DNA of 64,000 bases. Origin: Alphaproteobacteria bacterium (GTDB lineage: Bacteria; Pseudomonadota; Alphaproteobacteria; UBA828). Below, one piece after another: positions 19,861 through 30,378 of the stretch. The position numbers and the translations under genes are program-made. The first letter of the stretch is position 1, and the number at the start of each line of letters is the position of its first letter. Below the pieces are notes generated by a model. That model saw only the letters and a list, made by a program, of their open reading frames with translations. It was not told where the DNA came from and searched no databases. The stretch is taken from NCBI GenBank assembly GCA_963667785.2, contig CAXXMU010000002.1:909933-973932 (forward strand), read 5' to 3'.

Positions 19861-21621
19861 ATGGCAAGCGGCACGAACGGACGCGAAGGCAGCGGATTCG
19901 AGACCGACGTGGTGACCCGCGAGATCGTGCGCGGCAAGCTGCTGGCGGTGGCCGACGAGATGGGCGTGGTGCTCGCGCGGAGCAGCATGAGCCCGGTCAT
20001 CTACGAGGTGCTCGATTTCGCCTGCGGCTTCTGCGATGCGGACGGCGAGCTGGTCTCCCAGACCAACGGCATCACCGTCTTCACCGGGACCTTCTCGCTC
20101 CAGATCAACATCATCAAGGAGAAGTTCGGCGATCGCATCCGGCCCGGCGACATCTACATGCTCAACGACCCCTACCACGGCGGCACCCACTACAACGACG
20201 TGGGCGTGATCAAGCCGGTGTTCGTGGACGGCGAGCTGTTCGCCTTCGCCATCTCGATCTCGCACTGGACCGACATCGGCGGCAAGGCGCCGGGGTCGCT
20301 GCCGGCGGACGCCACCGAGGTGTTCCAGGAGGGCATCTGCTTCCCCGGCATCCACGTCTACAGGGAAGGCGAGCGCCAGGACGCCATCTTCGAGATGATC
20401 GCCGCCAACGTGCGCCTGCCGAAGATGGCGCTGGGCGATCTCAACGCGGCGCTGGCTTCCGTTCGCATCGCCGAGAATCGCTGTCTCGAGCTCTGCGGGA
20501 AGTACGGCAAGCGCGCGGTCTCGGAGACCTTCCGCCACATCCTCGAGACCAGCGAGCGGGTGAGCCGCGAGGCTGTCGCCGCGCTGCCGGACGGCACCTA
20601 CGAGGCCGAGGACTGGATCGACGGCGACGGCATCACCGAGGAGCGCTTCCGCACGAAGGTGGCGGTGACCATCGACGGCGACAACATCACCGTCGACTAT
20701 TCGGGCTCCTGCGAGCAGCTCCAGGGGCCGGTCAACTGCTCGCGCTCGGCGCTCGTCTCGGCGGTGAAGACCGTCTTCAAGGCGATCGTCGATCCCCAGT
20801 CGCCGTCCAACGAGGGCTGGTTCCGGCCGCTCAACGTGGCGGCGCCCGACGGCACGGTCTTCACGGCGACCAAGCCCGCGCCGGTCGGCTGGTACTACGA
20901 GGGCACCGGGCAGGCCTCGGAGCTGGCGTGGAAGGCGCTGGCCCCGATCGCGCCCAAGCGGGTCAGCATGGGCAGCGCCAACAGCCTGTGCGTGACCGTG
21001 CTCGGCGGCCATGACCGCGCCAAGGGCGAGCCCTGGGTGATGATCGAGCCGAGCATGGTCGGCTGGGGCGCCACGGACGAGCGCGATGGCAACTGCGTCA
21101 CCAGCGCCATCACCAACGGCGACACCTTCAACTACTCCATCGAGCTGCTGGAGGCGAAGTTCCCGGTGCGGGTCAATCAGTATGCGCTCAACACGCCGGG
21201 CGGCGTCGGCGCCGGCCGCCATCGGGGCGGCTACGGCTCGATCCGCGAATACGAGATCCTGACCGACGACGCGGTGCTTTCCGCCAGCTACGGCCGCTCG
21301 ATCGAGAGGCCCTGGGCGCGCGAGGGCGGCGACGAGGGCTCGGTCAACTACTTCGAGCTGCACGTCGGCAACGACGCCCGCCGCGCCGCGCGGGCGCCGA
21401 CCACGATCATGAAGCGGGGCGACATCATCCGCATGTTCACCGGCGGCGGCGGCGGCTACGGCGATCCCTTCGAGCGGCCCGCCGAGGAGGTTCTCGCCGA
21501 GGTGCGCGCGGACTACATCTCCGCCGAGCGCGCGCGCGAGGAGTACGGCGTCGTCATCGCGGCGGACGGGCGCGCGGTGGACGAAGAGGCGACCGCCACG
21601 CTCCGCGCCCGGGCCGCCTGA
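19861..21621 (+). CDS. hyuB: Hydantoinase B / oxoprolinase family subunit
   Basis: SPVIYEVLDF, NDPYHGGTHYND, HWTDIGG..PGS, GAGRHRGG, GGGGGYGDP. Confidence 0.92.
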   Translation: MASGTNGREGSGFETDVVTREIVRGKLLAVADEMGVVLARSSMSPVIYEVLDFACGFCDADGELVSQTNGITVFTGTFSLQINIIKEKFGDRIRPGDIYMLNDPYHGGTHYNDVGVIKPVFVDGELFAFAISISHWTDIGGKAPGSLPADATEVFQEGICFPGIHVYREGERQDAIFEMIAANVRLPKMALGDLNAALASVRIAENRCLELCGKYGKRAVSETFRHILETSERVSREAVAALPDGTYEAEDWIDGDGITEERFRTKVAVTIDGDNITVDYSGSCEQLQGPVNCSRSALVSAVKTVFKAIVDPQSPSNEGWFRPLNVAAPDGTVFTATKPAPVGWYYEGTGQASELAWKALAPIAPKRVSMGSANSLCVTVLGGHDRAKGEPWVMIEPSMVGWGATDERDGNCVTSAITNGDTFNYSIELLEAKFPVRVNQYALNTPGGVGAGRHRGGYGSIREYEILTDDAVLSASYGRSIERPWAREGGDEGSVNYFELHVGNDARRAARAPTTIMKRGDIIRMFTGGGGGYGDPFERPAEEVLAEVRADYISAERAREEYGVVIAADGRAVDEEATATLRARAA

Positions 21622-21635
21622 CGCGCAGGGCGACG

Positions 21636-23681
21636 ATGGGCCGTCTCGCGTCCGATATCGGTGGCACCTTCACCGATCTCGTCTACTTCGACGACGCGCA
21701 GCAGAGCCTGCGCACCGCGAAGTCCCTCACCACGCCCGGCGACCTGACCCAAGGCGTCATCGACACCGTCGAGCTCTCGGGCCTCGCGCCGGCGGAGGTG
21801 GACTTCTTCGTCCACGGCGGGACCACGGTGATCAACGCCATCACCGAGCGCAAGGGGGCCAGGACCGCGCTCGTCACCACCGCGGGTTTCCGCGACGTGC
21901 TCGAGATCCAGCGCGGCAACCGGCCGGACCTCTACAACCTGCGCTTCGAGAAGGAGCGCCCCTTCGTGCCCCGCCTGCTCCGCTTCGAGGTGCGCGAGCG
22001 GGTGGATGCCACGGGCGCGGTTCTGAGGCCGCTGGAGAAGGCGGACCTCGACCACGTCGTAGAGCGCTGCCGGGAGGAAGGGGTCGAGGCGATCGCGATC
22101 CAGTTCCTCCACAGCTACGTCGCACCCCGCCACGAGGCCGAGACCGCGGCCTATCTCAGGGAGCGGCTCGACGGCGTCTCGATCACCGCCTCGCACGAGA
22201 TCACCCGCGAGTGGCGCGAGTACGAGCGCGCCAACACCGCCGTGCTCAACGCCTACGTGCAGCCCATCGTGCAGAGCTACTTCGGGCGGCTGGAGGAGAC
22301 GCTGGGCGGCGCCGACATCCGCTGCGCCTACGCCGCCATGCAGTCCAACGGCGGCACGACCAGCTTCTCCTGGGCCAAGGAGCACCCCATCACGCTCATG
22401 GAATCGGGGCCGGCGGCGGGCTGCAACGGCGCCGCCATCGTCGGCGACCTGTGCGAGGAGCCGCGGGTGATCTATCTCGACATCGGCGGCACCACGGCCA
22501 AGTGCACCACCATCGAGGACGGCGCGCCCAAGGTCACGACCGAGTACCGGCTGGAGTACAGCCGCACCCGGTTCGGCTATCCGCTGCGCGTGCCGGTGGT
22601 GGACATCGTCGAGATCGGAGCCGGCGGCGGCTCCATCGCCTGGCTCGACAAGGCGGGGCTGCTCAAGGTCGGGCCGGTCTCCGCCGGCGCCGATCCGGGG
22701 CCCGCGTGCTACGGCCGGGGCGGCACGGAGCCCACGGTGACGGACGCGAAGCTCATCACCGGCGTCATCAATCCCACCAACTTCGCCGGCGGGCAGTTCG
22801 ACCTCGACGAGGGCAAGGCGCGTGCCGCGATGGAGAAGATTGCGAAGGGACTCGGCACGGACGCCGTGGAGGCGGCGGTCGCCGTCATCCGCACGGTGGA
22901 AGCCAACATGATCAACGCGCTGAAGCTGGTCTCCATCCAGCGCGGCCACGACCCACGCGACTTCGCGCTGGTGGTGGGCGGCGGCGGCGGCCCCATGCAC
23001 GGCGCCCCGCTCGGCCGCGAGCTCGGCGTGAAGGAGATCATCGTGCCGCTCTATCCCGGCCTCTTCTCCGCCTGGGGGATGCTGGCCACCGAGCCCCGCC
23101 GCGACTTCATGCAGACCGTGTTGCGCCGCGACGAGGAGGTGGAGGCCGGCGACGTGCGCGGGGTCTTCGCCGGCCTCAAGGAGGAGGCGGAGCGCTACTT
23201 CCGCACCGACGCCCACATGGGGCAGGCGGAGATCGCCTACGAAGGCCGCATCGACCTGCGCTACCTTGGGCAGGAGCACTCTGTGACCGTGCTCGTGGAC
23301 ATCGAGGCCGCCGAGGTCTCGTCCATCCTCGCGGCCTTCCACGATGCGCACGAGAAGACCTACACCTTCCGCCTCGACGACACGCCGGTCGAGTTCGTGA
23401 CCTACCGGCTGACCGCGTCAGCCAAAGTCCCGCGGCCGGAGATGACGAGGCTGGCCTCCGACGGCCGCTCGCTCGAGGCCGCGGCGAGGCCCGCGCGCCT
23501 CGCCGACTTCGCCGAAGACGGCCGCCACGAGGCCGCCGTCTACGAGCGCGACCGGCTGCCGCCCGGCGCCCGGCTCGAAGGGCCGCTGATCGTGGAGGAG
23601 GCGACCGCCACCACGCTCGTCCATCCGGGCCAGACTCTCCGGGTCGACGACTACGGCTTCCTGAGAATCACCGGCGCCTGA
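21636..23681 (+). CDS. hyuA: Hydantoinase A / oxoprolinase family ATP-binding subunit
   Basis: DIGGTFTD, REYERANT, ESGPAAG, DIGGTT, IGAGGGS, SAGADPGPACYG, GGGGPMH. Confidence 0.93.
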   Translation: MGRLASDIGGTFTDLVYFDDAQQSLRTAKSLTTPGDLTQGVIDTVELSGLAPAEVDFFVHGGTTVINAITERKGARTALVTTAGFRDVLEIQRGNRPDLYNLRFEKERPFVPRLLRFEVRERVDATGAVLRPLEKADLDHVVERCREEGVEAIAIQFLHSYVAPRHEAETAAYLRERLDGVSITASHEITREWREYERANTAVLNAYVQPIVQSYFGRLEETLGGADIRCAYAAMQSNGGTTSFSWAKEHPITLMESGPAAGCNGAAIVGDLCEEPRVIYLDIGGTTAKCTTIEDGAPKVTTEYRLEYSRTRFGYPLRVPVVDIVEIGAGGGSIAWLDKAGLLKVGPVSAGADPGPACYGRGGTEPTVTDAKLITGVINPTNFAGGQFDLDEGKARAAMEKIAKGLGTDAVEAAVAVIRTVEANMINALKLVSIQRGHDPRDFALVVGGGGGPMHGAPLGRELGVKEIIVPLYPGLFSAWGMLATEPRRDFMQTVLRRDEEVEAGDVRGVFAGLKEEAERYFRTDAHMGQAEIAYEGRIDLRYLGQEHSVTVLVDIEAAEVSSILAAFHDAHEKTYTFRLDDTPVEFVTYRLTASAKVPRPEMTRLASDGRSLEAAARPARLADFAEDGRHEAAVYERDRLPPGARLEGPLIVEEATATTLVHPGQTLRVDDYGFLRITGA

Positions 23682-23758
23682 GCGCCCGCGCCGGCGGGAC
23701 GGGCGGCGCTCGTGTCCCGATCGAGACGTTCGACCGCAGTGACGAGGTGCTCCCTGCA

Positions 23759-23853
23759 CGTCATGGCCGGGCTTGTCCCGGCCATCCACGTGTTTGCGTG
23801 GCTTTCGACAGGTCTGGCTGAGCGAGATGCCCGGAACAAGTCCGGGCATGACG
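23759..23853. repeat. REP-like palindromic element, family 1, copy 2
   Basis: Arms CGTCATGGCCGGGCTTGTCCCGGCCATC (23759-23786) and GATGCCCGGAACAAGTCCGGGCATGACG (23826-23853). Confidence 0.9.
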
Positions 23854-23886
23854 ATGAAGTTGGATGGTTCGTGCAGGGCCGAGACT

Positions 23887-24093
23887 CCCCCTCCTCACCC
23901 CGGCCCTCTCCTCCCCCTTCCATGTTCCCTCAGTCGCCGGGCGCTCGCTCCGCGAGCTTGGCTACCGCGCCTTGCGGCGCGAGGGGGAGGAGAGGGAGAA
24001 CGAGTCGCCGCCTGCGTTCCCCCTCCGCCTTTGGGGGAGGGGGACAGGGGGAGGTGGGAGTCGTTCGAGCCGCTGTGACCCCGTAAGGTCGGA
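23887..24093 (+). repeat. Composite CCCTCTCC/GGAGAGGG hairpin repeat, family 2, copy A (63-nt loop insert)
   Basis: 15-bp arms 23904-23918 / 23982-23996; 24011-24093 is near-identical to the reverse complement of ~54107-54189. Confidence 0.85.
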
Positions 24094-24100
24094 TGGTGAC

Positions 24101-25696
24101 CTACACCGCGTCGGGACGGCGGGCGAGCGCGACGACGCAGCCCGTGGAGAGGAGCTGACCCGCGGTGACGGCCGCGTTGGTGAGCGCCGTCGCCGTCACG
24201 CGTGTCGCATCGACCACGCCTGCCTCCCGCCAGGGACGGAAGCCGCCCGTGCGCGCGTCGAAGCCGATCTCCGTGCCCGCGCCCTTCAGCGCTTCGAGGG
24301 CGAGCGAGGGCTCGCAGCCCGCTGCGTCGGTGATGCGGCGGAACGGCATGCCGAGCGCGCGGGCGAATGCGCGGCGCTCGGGCTCTCCCGCCCCGTCCGC
24401 ACCATCCTCGAGGGCGAAGGCGGCGCGCGCGAGCGCCACGCCGCCGCCCGGCACCACACCGTCGGCCGCCGCGGCGCGCGCGGTGTTCAGCGCGTTCTCG
24501 CAAGCCTTGTAGCGCGCCTTCCAGGCGCTCTCGGTGACACCGCCGACGCGGATGTTGGCAACGCCCGAGACCAGCCGCGCGAGGCGGGCCTCGTACTTGC
24601 CCCGGTCGTAGCTCTTCCGTTCGTGCTCGATGGCGTCACGAATCTGCTCGGCACGCCTTTCAACCGCGTGCCGTTCGCCGCTGCCGCCGAAGATCGTGGT
24701 GGAGACCCCGTCCACGACCGCCCGCCTGGCGGAGCCGAGCGCGACGGCGTCGATCTTCTCCGGGATGAGGCCCGTGTCCTCGCCGACCATGCGCCCGCCC
24801 GTGAGCACCGCCACGTCGTCGGTGGCGGCGTGGCGATAGATGCCCGATTCCGGCCCCTTCGCCGCTGCGCAGCGGACCGTGCCCTCGCGATGGTTGGTGA
24901 GCAGCGCCGCCAGCGCCTGGCCGGAGACGTCCTGGGCCAGCACCAGCAGGCTGCGTCCGCCCGCCCGCGCCGCCTCCAGCGCCGGCACCACCTGGGCCGT
25001 CTCGGTCAGCTCGCCCTGGCACATGAGGAGGTGCGGCTTGTCCAGCGCCACCTCGGTCTCGCCGGCCTTGAGCAGGAAGTTGCGCGAGAGCAGGCCGTGA
25101 TCGAAGGCCATGCCGCTCATGTAGTCGATCGTCGTGTCCACGCCCTGATGGTAGGAGACGCTGATCACGCCCTCGGGCCCGAGACGCTCCACCCCCTCGG
25201 CCACGAGGCCCGCGATCTCGTCGTCGCCGTCGGCGGCAATGCCGGCGAGCTGCGCGAGCATCGCGCGGTCCGCGACCGGGGCGCTCTGCCGCGTGAGCGC
25301 GGCCAGCGCCTCCTGCGTGAGCCCCTCGAAGCGACGCCGCACCGTGGGGGGATCGATCCCCGCCGCCACCAGCCGCAGCCCGGCCTCGGCGAAGGCGCCG
25401 GCCAGCAGCGCCGTGGTGGTCGAGCCGTCGCCGACGGCATCGCGGGTCTTCTTGATGCAGGCCTTGATCAGCTCGGTGCCGAGGGTCGCGAAGCGGTCGT
25501 CGTCCTCCAGGTCCCTGATCGCGGTGAAGCCGTCCCGGGTCATCTCGGGAAAGTCGTCCGCGCGCTCCAGCACCACGCGACCGCCGTGCGGGCCGAGGGT
25601 GAGGCCCGCAAGCCATGCGGTGCGGGCGAACCCCGCCATCAACGCCTCGCGGGCGTCGGCTCCGGTCTTGATGGACTTGGGCCGCTCAAGCGCCAT
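24101..25696 (-). CDS. Divergent GroEL/Cpn60-family chaperonin, no adjacent groES
   Basis: Colinear with GroEL: TLGP.G, TRDG, GDGSTT, GMAFD.G, YDR.K...RLARL..GVA.I.VG, GVVPGGG, GVVD; many conserved residues changed; no GGM tail. Confidence 0.9.
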   Translation of the reverse strand: MALERPKSIKTGADAREALMAGFARTAWLAGLTLGPHGGRVVLERADDFPEMTRDGFTAIRDLEDDDRFATLGTELIKACIKKTRDAVGDGSTTTALLAGAFAEAGLRLVAAGIDPPTVRRRFEGLTQEALAALTRQSAPVADRAMLAQLAGIAADGDDEIAGLVAEGVERLGPEGVISVSYHQGVDTTIDYMSGMAFDHGLLSRNFLLKAGETEVALDKPHLLMCQGELTETAQVVPALEAARAGGRSLLVLAQDVSGQALAALLTNHREGTVRCAAAKGPESGIYRHAATDDVAVLTGGRMVGEDTGLIPEKIDAVALGSARRAVVDGVSTTIFGGSGERHAVERRAEQIRDAIEHERKSYDRGKYEARLARLVSGVANIRVGGVTESAWKARYKACENALNTARAAAADGVVPGGGVALARAAFALEDGADGAGEPERRAFARALGMPFRRITDAAGCEPSLALEALKGAGTEIGFDARTGGFRPWREAGVVDATRVTATALTNAAVTAGQLLSTGCVVALARRPDAV

Positions 25697-25799
25697 GGGA
25701 CGATCATCCGCGCCAGCGAGCGGCGGTCAACGGCGACGGCGGCGGCGGCGGCGCGACCGATGGTCCCGGCCGCGCCGCGCCTTGTCGAACGGAAGCGGA

Positions 25800-27158
25800 T
25801 CAGGCCGCGCTGAAGCGGTTCCACTCCTTGATGTAGCTGGTCACGTGCGTGGGCCACACCATCCAGAACGCGATGTTGGACTGGCGCCTGGTCTTCGGGC
25901 CGGTATCGCGGTCCTTGCCCATGTACCAGCGGCGGTAGTCCTCCACAGTCAGGAAGTTGAGCACCGGGTCGGGGCAGGGCGAGTAGTAGCCCTGCGGCGC
26001 GACCGCCGAGCCCCACCAGCCGTCGAGGCACCAGTCCATGTAGGCCATGGCGACCTCGGGCTCGGGCGCCTCGCTCGAGAGACACATGGTGTGGACCCAG
26101 GCGGCGGTGCCTTCGAAGACGTCGACGTACCAGCACGGGATGCCGCGCTTCTTCACGTCCTCGACCACCGGGTTCCAGCAGTCCATGCCCCAGACCTCCT
26201 CGGAGGCGAGCAGGTTCACGGCCTCGCCGTAGTTGTTCCAGATGAGGCGGAACACGCCGTCGTTCTTGGCGGCGATCAGGTAGTCCACCACACCCTTCAC
26301 CTCGTCGGGCTCCATGTCGGAGTTGCCGACCTTGGGCGGGTCCATGATCCCGTTCTTCCAGAGGAAGCTGTAGGCACGCGGCGGCCCCATCAGCTCGTCG
26401 TTCTGGATCGAGGTCTTGCCGGTCGCGTCCACGTCGCGCCACTTGCCGGTGTAGAGCAGCCCGAGCGAATCGGGGATCGCGAAGTCCGGCTGGGTGGGCG
26501 CGAACTTGTGCGGCAGCACGCCGAGCGCGTCCATGTTGTAGAACTGCGGCACGCCGTAGAAGGAGTCCTTGTTCTCGTCCCAGTAGACGATGTTGGAGGG
26601 CCACCCGGTCACATCGTCGGCGCCGATATGGCCCGGCTGGGTGTAGAGCGAATCGGCGAACTCCCAGTTGGTGATCTTCTCGGCCGGGATCGGCACGATC
26701 ACCTCGGCCTCGCGCAGCGCCGGCTGGCGGTAGGCGTTGGTCTCGATCATCGAGTAGGTGCTGTTGCCGCCGGTGATGAACTTGGTGATCATCTCGCTCA
26801 GACCGGCCACCGTCCCGGTCACGTCGAGGCCGGTATCCTCCTTGAACCGGTTGAAGAAGCGCTCCTGCACCGAGACGCCGAGACCGATGGTCTGCATCGG
26901 GTCGTCCTGGGTGATGCCGGCCACGCGCTCCGCAAGGCCGGCGCGCGCTGCGCCGGTGCCGAGCATGGTGCCGGCGGCGGCGGCCGTCACGCCGGCCGCG
27001 GCGAGGAAGGTGCGACGGTCGATTCCTCCGCCCTCCTGCTCCTCCGCCTCGGCGTCGCGGAAGCGCTTGATCGCCTTCTCCTCGGCGGCCATGGCGGTGT
27101 GAAGGTCCATCCTGTCGGACAGATGCTCGTACTTCTTCTCGAGATGTTTGCTGTCCAT
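25800..27158 (-). CDS. PotD/PotF-family extracellular solute-binding protein with Tat signal (paralog 2)
   Basis: IDRRTFL twin-arginine motif, ARA cleavage site; follows the ABC permeases; GGAGGAG RBS. Confidence 0.87.
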   Translation of the reverse strand: MDSKHLEKKYEHLSDRMDLHTAMAAEEKAIKRFRDAEAEEQEGGGIDRRTFLAAAGVTAAAAGTMLGTGAARAGLAERVAGITQDDPMQTIGLGVSVQERFFNRFKEDTGLDVTGTVAGLSEMITKFITGGNSTYSMIETNAYRQPALREAEVIVPIPAEKITNWEFADSLYTQPGHIGADDVTGWPSNIVYWDENKDSFYGVPQFYNMDALGVLPHKFAPTQPDFAIPDSLGLLYTGKWRDVDATGKTSIQNDELMGPPRAYSFLWKNGIMDPPKVGNSDMEPDEVKGVVDYLIAAKNDGVFRLIWNNYGEAVNLLASEEVWGMDCWNPVVEDVKKRGIPCWYVDVFEGTAAWVHTMCLSSEAPEPEVAMAYMDWCLDGWWGSAVAPQGYYSPCPDPVLNFLTVEDYRRWYMGKDRDTGPKTRRQSNIAFWMVWPTHVTSYIKEWNRFSAA

Positions 27159-27222
27159 GGTCTCCTCCCTCTGAAGTCTCCGTTGCCTGTTCGGGCCGTC
27201 CGGGCGGTGCCCGGCCGGCGGT

Positions 27223-28104
27223 CTAAACCTGATGCTCCTCCTGGCCGGTGAAACGCGGCCGGTAACGGCTCGCGGTCATCAGGTAGCCGAAGATTCCGAT
27301 CACCGCGAACGAGATGAGCGTGATGATGACGCCGACGGCGAAGATGCGCGGCGTGATGCGGATCGTGGTCGCGCCCAGCACGTCCAGGGGCAGCGTGTTC
27401 TGCGATCCGGCCACGAGCACCGTGCGGGCGAACTCGTCGAAGGACAGCGTGAAGCCGAAGAGCGCGGACGCCATGATCCCCGGCTTCATGATCGGCAGCG
27501 TGATGTGCCAGAAGGTGCGCCAGCTATTGGCGCCGAGGCACATCGCCGCCTCCTCCGTCGAGCGGTCGAAGCGGTTGAACACCGTCAGCATCACGATGAA
27601 GCAGAACGGGAAGGTCCAGAGGATGTGGACCGGCAGCGTGGTGCCCAGCCAGTGCTTGTCGATGCCGATGCCCTGCCAGAACAGCGCGTGGCCCAGGCCC
27701 ACCGTGACGCCGGGGATCATGATGCCGACCAGGTAGAGGTAGAAGATCGGCCCCGCGCCCAGGAAGCGCGCGCGCATCGCCTGCGCCGCCATGGTGGCGA
27801 GCACCGTCGAGATGCACATGACGAGAAGCGCCAGCACCAGCGAGCGCAGGCCGGCATTGCCGAAGTCGCCGACGTACTCGCCGATGTCCCGCGCCGTGCC
27901 GGACGGGTTGAAGAGCCGCTCGTACCAGAAAATGCTCGTCCCCTGCATGGGGAAGGTCGGCCCGCCGTCCTCGCCCTGGAAGGAGAGGATCACCATGACG
28001 ATGAAGGGCCCGTAGAGCATCAGTACGAAGAGCACCACGTAGACCGCGAGCACGATCTTGACCCAGCCGAACTTGGCGACGTGATAGCTCGTCGGCTCCG
28101 GCAT
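27223..28104 (-). CDS. ABC transporter permease (PotC-like)
   Basis: EEAAMCLGA EAA motif, FTLSFDEF, TLPL. Confidence 0.92.
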   Translation of the reverse strand: MPEPTSYHVAKFGWVKIVLAVYVVLFVLMLYGPFIVMVILSFQGEDGGPTFPMQGTSIFWYERLFNPSGTARDIGEYVGDFGNAGLRSLVLALLVMCISTVLATMAAQAMRARFLGAGPIFYLYLVGIMIPGVTVGLGHALFWQGIGIDKHWLGTTLPVHILWTFPFCFIVMLTVFNRFDRSTEEAAMCLGANSWRTFWHITLPIMKPGIMASALFGFTLSFDEFARTVLVAGSQNTLPLDVLGATTIRITPRIFAVGVIITLISFAVIGIFGYLMTASRYRPRFTGQEEHQV

Positions 28105-28107
28105 GGC

Positions 28108-29013
28108 TCAGAGCTCCCGCCGCAGATTGACGAACTGGAAGATCAGCACGATCACCGGGATCGAGACCAGCACCATGACCACCGCCACGGCCGATGCCGC
28201 GGGCCACTGCAGGAGGCCCTGCTGCTGGATCAGCACGTTGGCCAGCATGGTCGTCTTGCCGCCGCCGATGAACTTCTGGATCGCGAACTCGCCCATCATC
28301 ACGACGAACACGAAGAGGATGCCGGTGGCGAGCCCCGGCTTGGTCAGCGGCACGATGATCTTCCAGAAGGTGGTCCAGGCCGAGGCGCCGAGGTCGCGCG
28401 CCGCCTCGATCACCTGGCGGTCGATCTTGGCCATGGAGAAGTAGATCGGGCCGATCATGAAGACCGACCAGATGATCGCCATGGAGAACACCATGCTGGG
28501 CTCGCTGTAGAGCAGGATCTCAGCGGGCTCGTCGATGATGCCGATCCCCATCAGGATCTGGTTGATCAGCCCCTTGCGCCCGAGCAGCGGCAGCCACGCC
28601 ACCATGCGGATCAGCGCGCTGGTCCAGAACGGCACGATGCAGAGAAGCAGGATGTAGAGCTTGAGCCGCTCGCTCTTCACGAAGAAGCAGACGTAGTAGG
28701 CCACCGGATAGCAGAGCAGCACCATCAGCGGCAGCACGATGATGGCGATGAGGAAGGTGAAGCCGAGGGTCTGCAGGTAGGTCGCGGTGGTGAAGAACTC
28801 GATGTAGTTGTCGAGCACGAAGCCCGGCTTCATGCCGTAGGCCCAGGGCTTGTAGAAGCTGAAGACCACCACCGAGACCAGCGGGATGCCGCAGAAGAGC
28901 GCCATCAGGACGGTCGGCGCGGCGACCAGCAGGAGCGCCTGGCGCGCGCGCTTCCGGGTGAGCGTCATCCCGGACGAAAGGGCCGGGACCGGCGTTTGCG
29001 CGATGTCCGTCAC
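28108..29013 (-). CDS. ABC transporter permease (PotB-like)
   Basis: PFWTS.LIR..AW..LLG..GLIN, IEAARDLGAS, WPAASA. Confidence 0.92.
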   Translation of the reverse strand: MTDIAQTPVPALSSGMTLTRKRARQALLLVAAPTVLMALFCGIPLVSVVVFSFYKPWAYGMKPGFVLDNYIEFFTTATYLQTLGFTFLIAIIVLPLMVLLCYPVAYYVCFFVKSERLKLYILLLCIVPFWTSALIRMVAWLPLLGRKGLINQILMGIGIIDEPAEILLYSEPSMVFSMAIIWSVFMIGPIYFSMAKIDRQVIEAARDLGASAWTTFWKIIVPLTKPGLATGILFVFVVMMGEFAIQKFIGGGKTTMLANVLIQQQGLLQWPAASAVAVVMVLVSIPVIVLIFQFVNLRREL

Positions 29014-29073
29014 CTGGCCGTCGCCCCGCCGGTCATGGCTGCCTGCGCCCCAATGGCGGTGGGGTCCGCGCCC

Positions 29074-30159
<1,086 letters not shown>

Positions 30160-30271
30160 CGTGCCTCCCATCGCCGCATTCCGTCCTCCTGCCGCGCACC
30201 GCCTCCCGCTGGCCGGGCTCCCGATCCCGGCAACCCCGCTCGTGCGGCCGATCTCTATCGCGACATAGAGT

Positions 30272-30300
30272 ATTACAATCACTCGGCACGTCCTTTGCAA
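30272..30300 (-). promoter_or_regulatory. Putative sigma70 promoter of the ABC operon
   Basis: Minus strand TTGCAA (30300-30295), N17, TGTAAT (30277-30272). Confidence 0.55.
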
Positions 30301-30365
30301 CAGCCCGCCTCCTCGGATCGACGAATCGGATCGCGCCCCACTCCGTCGCGCCTGCTTACTAGAAG

Positions 30366-30378
30366 ATATATGATATAT
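30366..30378. promoter_or_regulatory. Putative GntR operator palindrome ATATAT-G-ATATAT
   Basis: AT-rich palindrome in a very GC-rich genome, in the divergent spacer between the ABC operon and gntR. Confidence 0.45.

Noticed and set aside
23759-24093. Possible CRISPR array or IS ends
   Set aside because: No regularly spaced direct repeats, no cas or transposase gene, and no target-site duplication identified.
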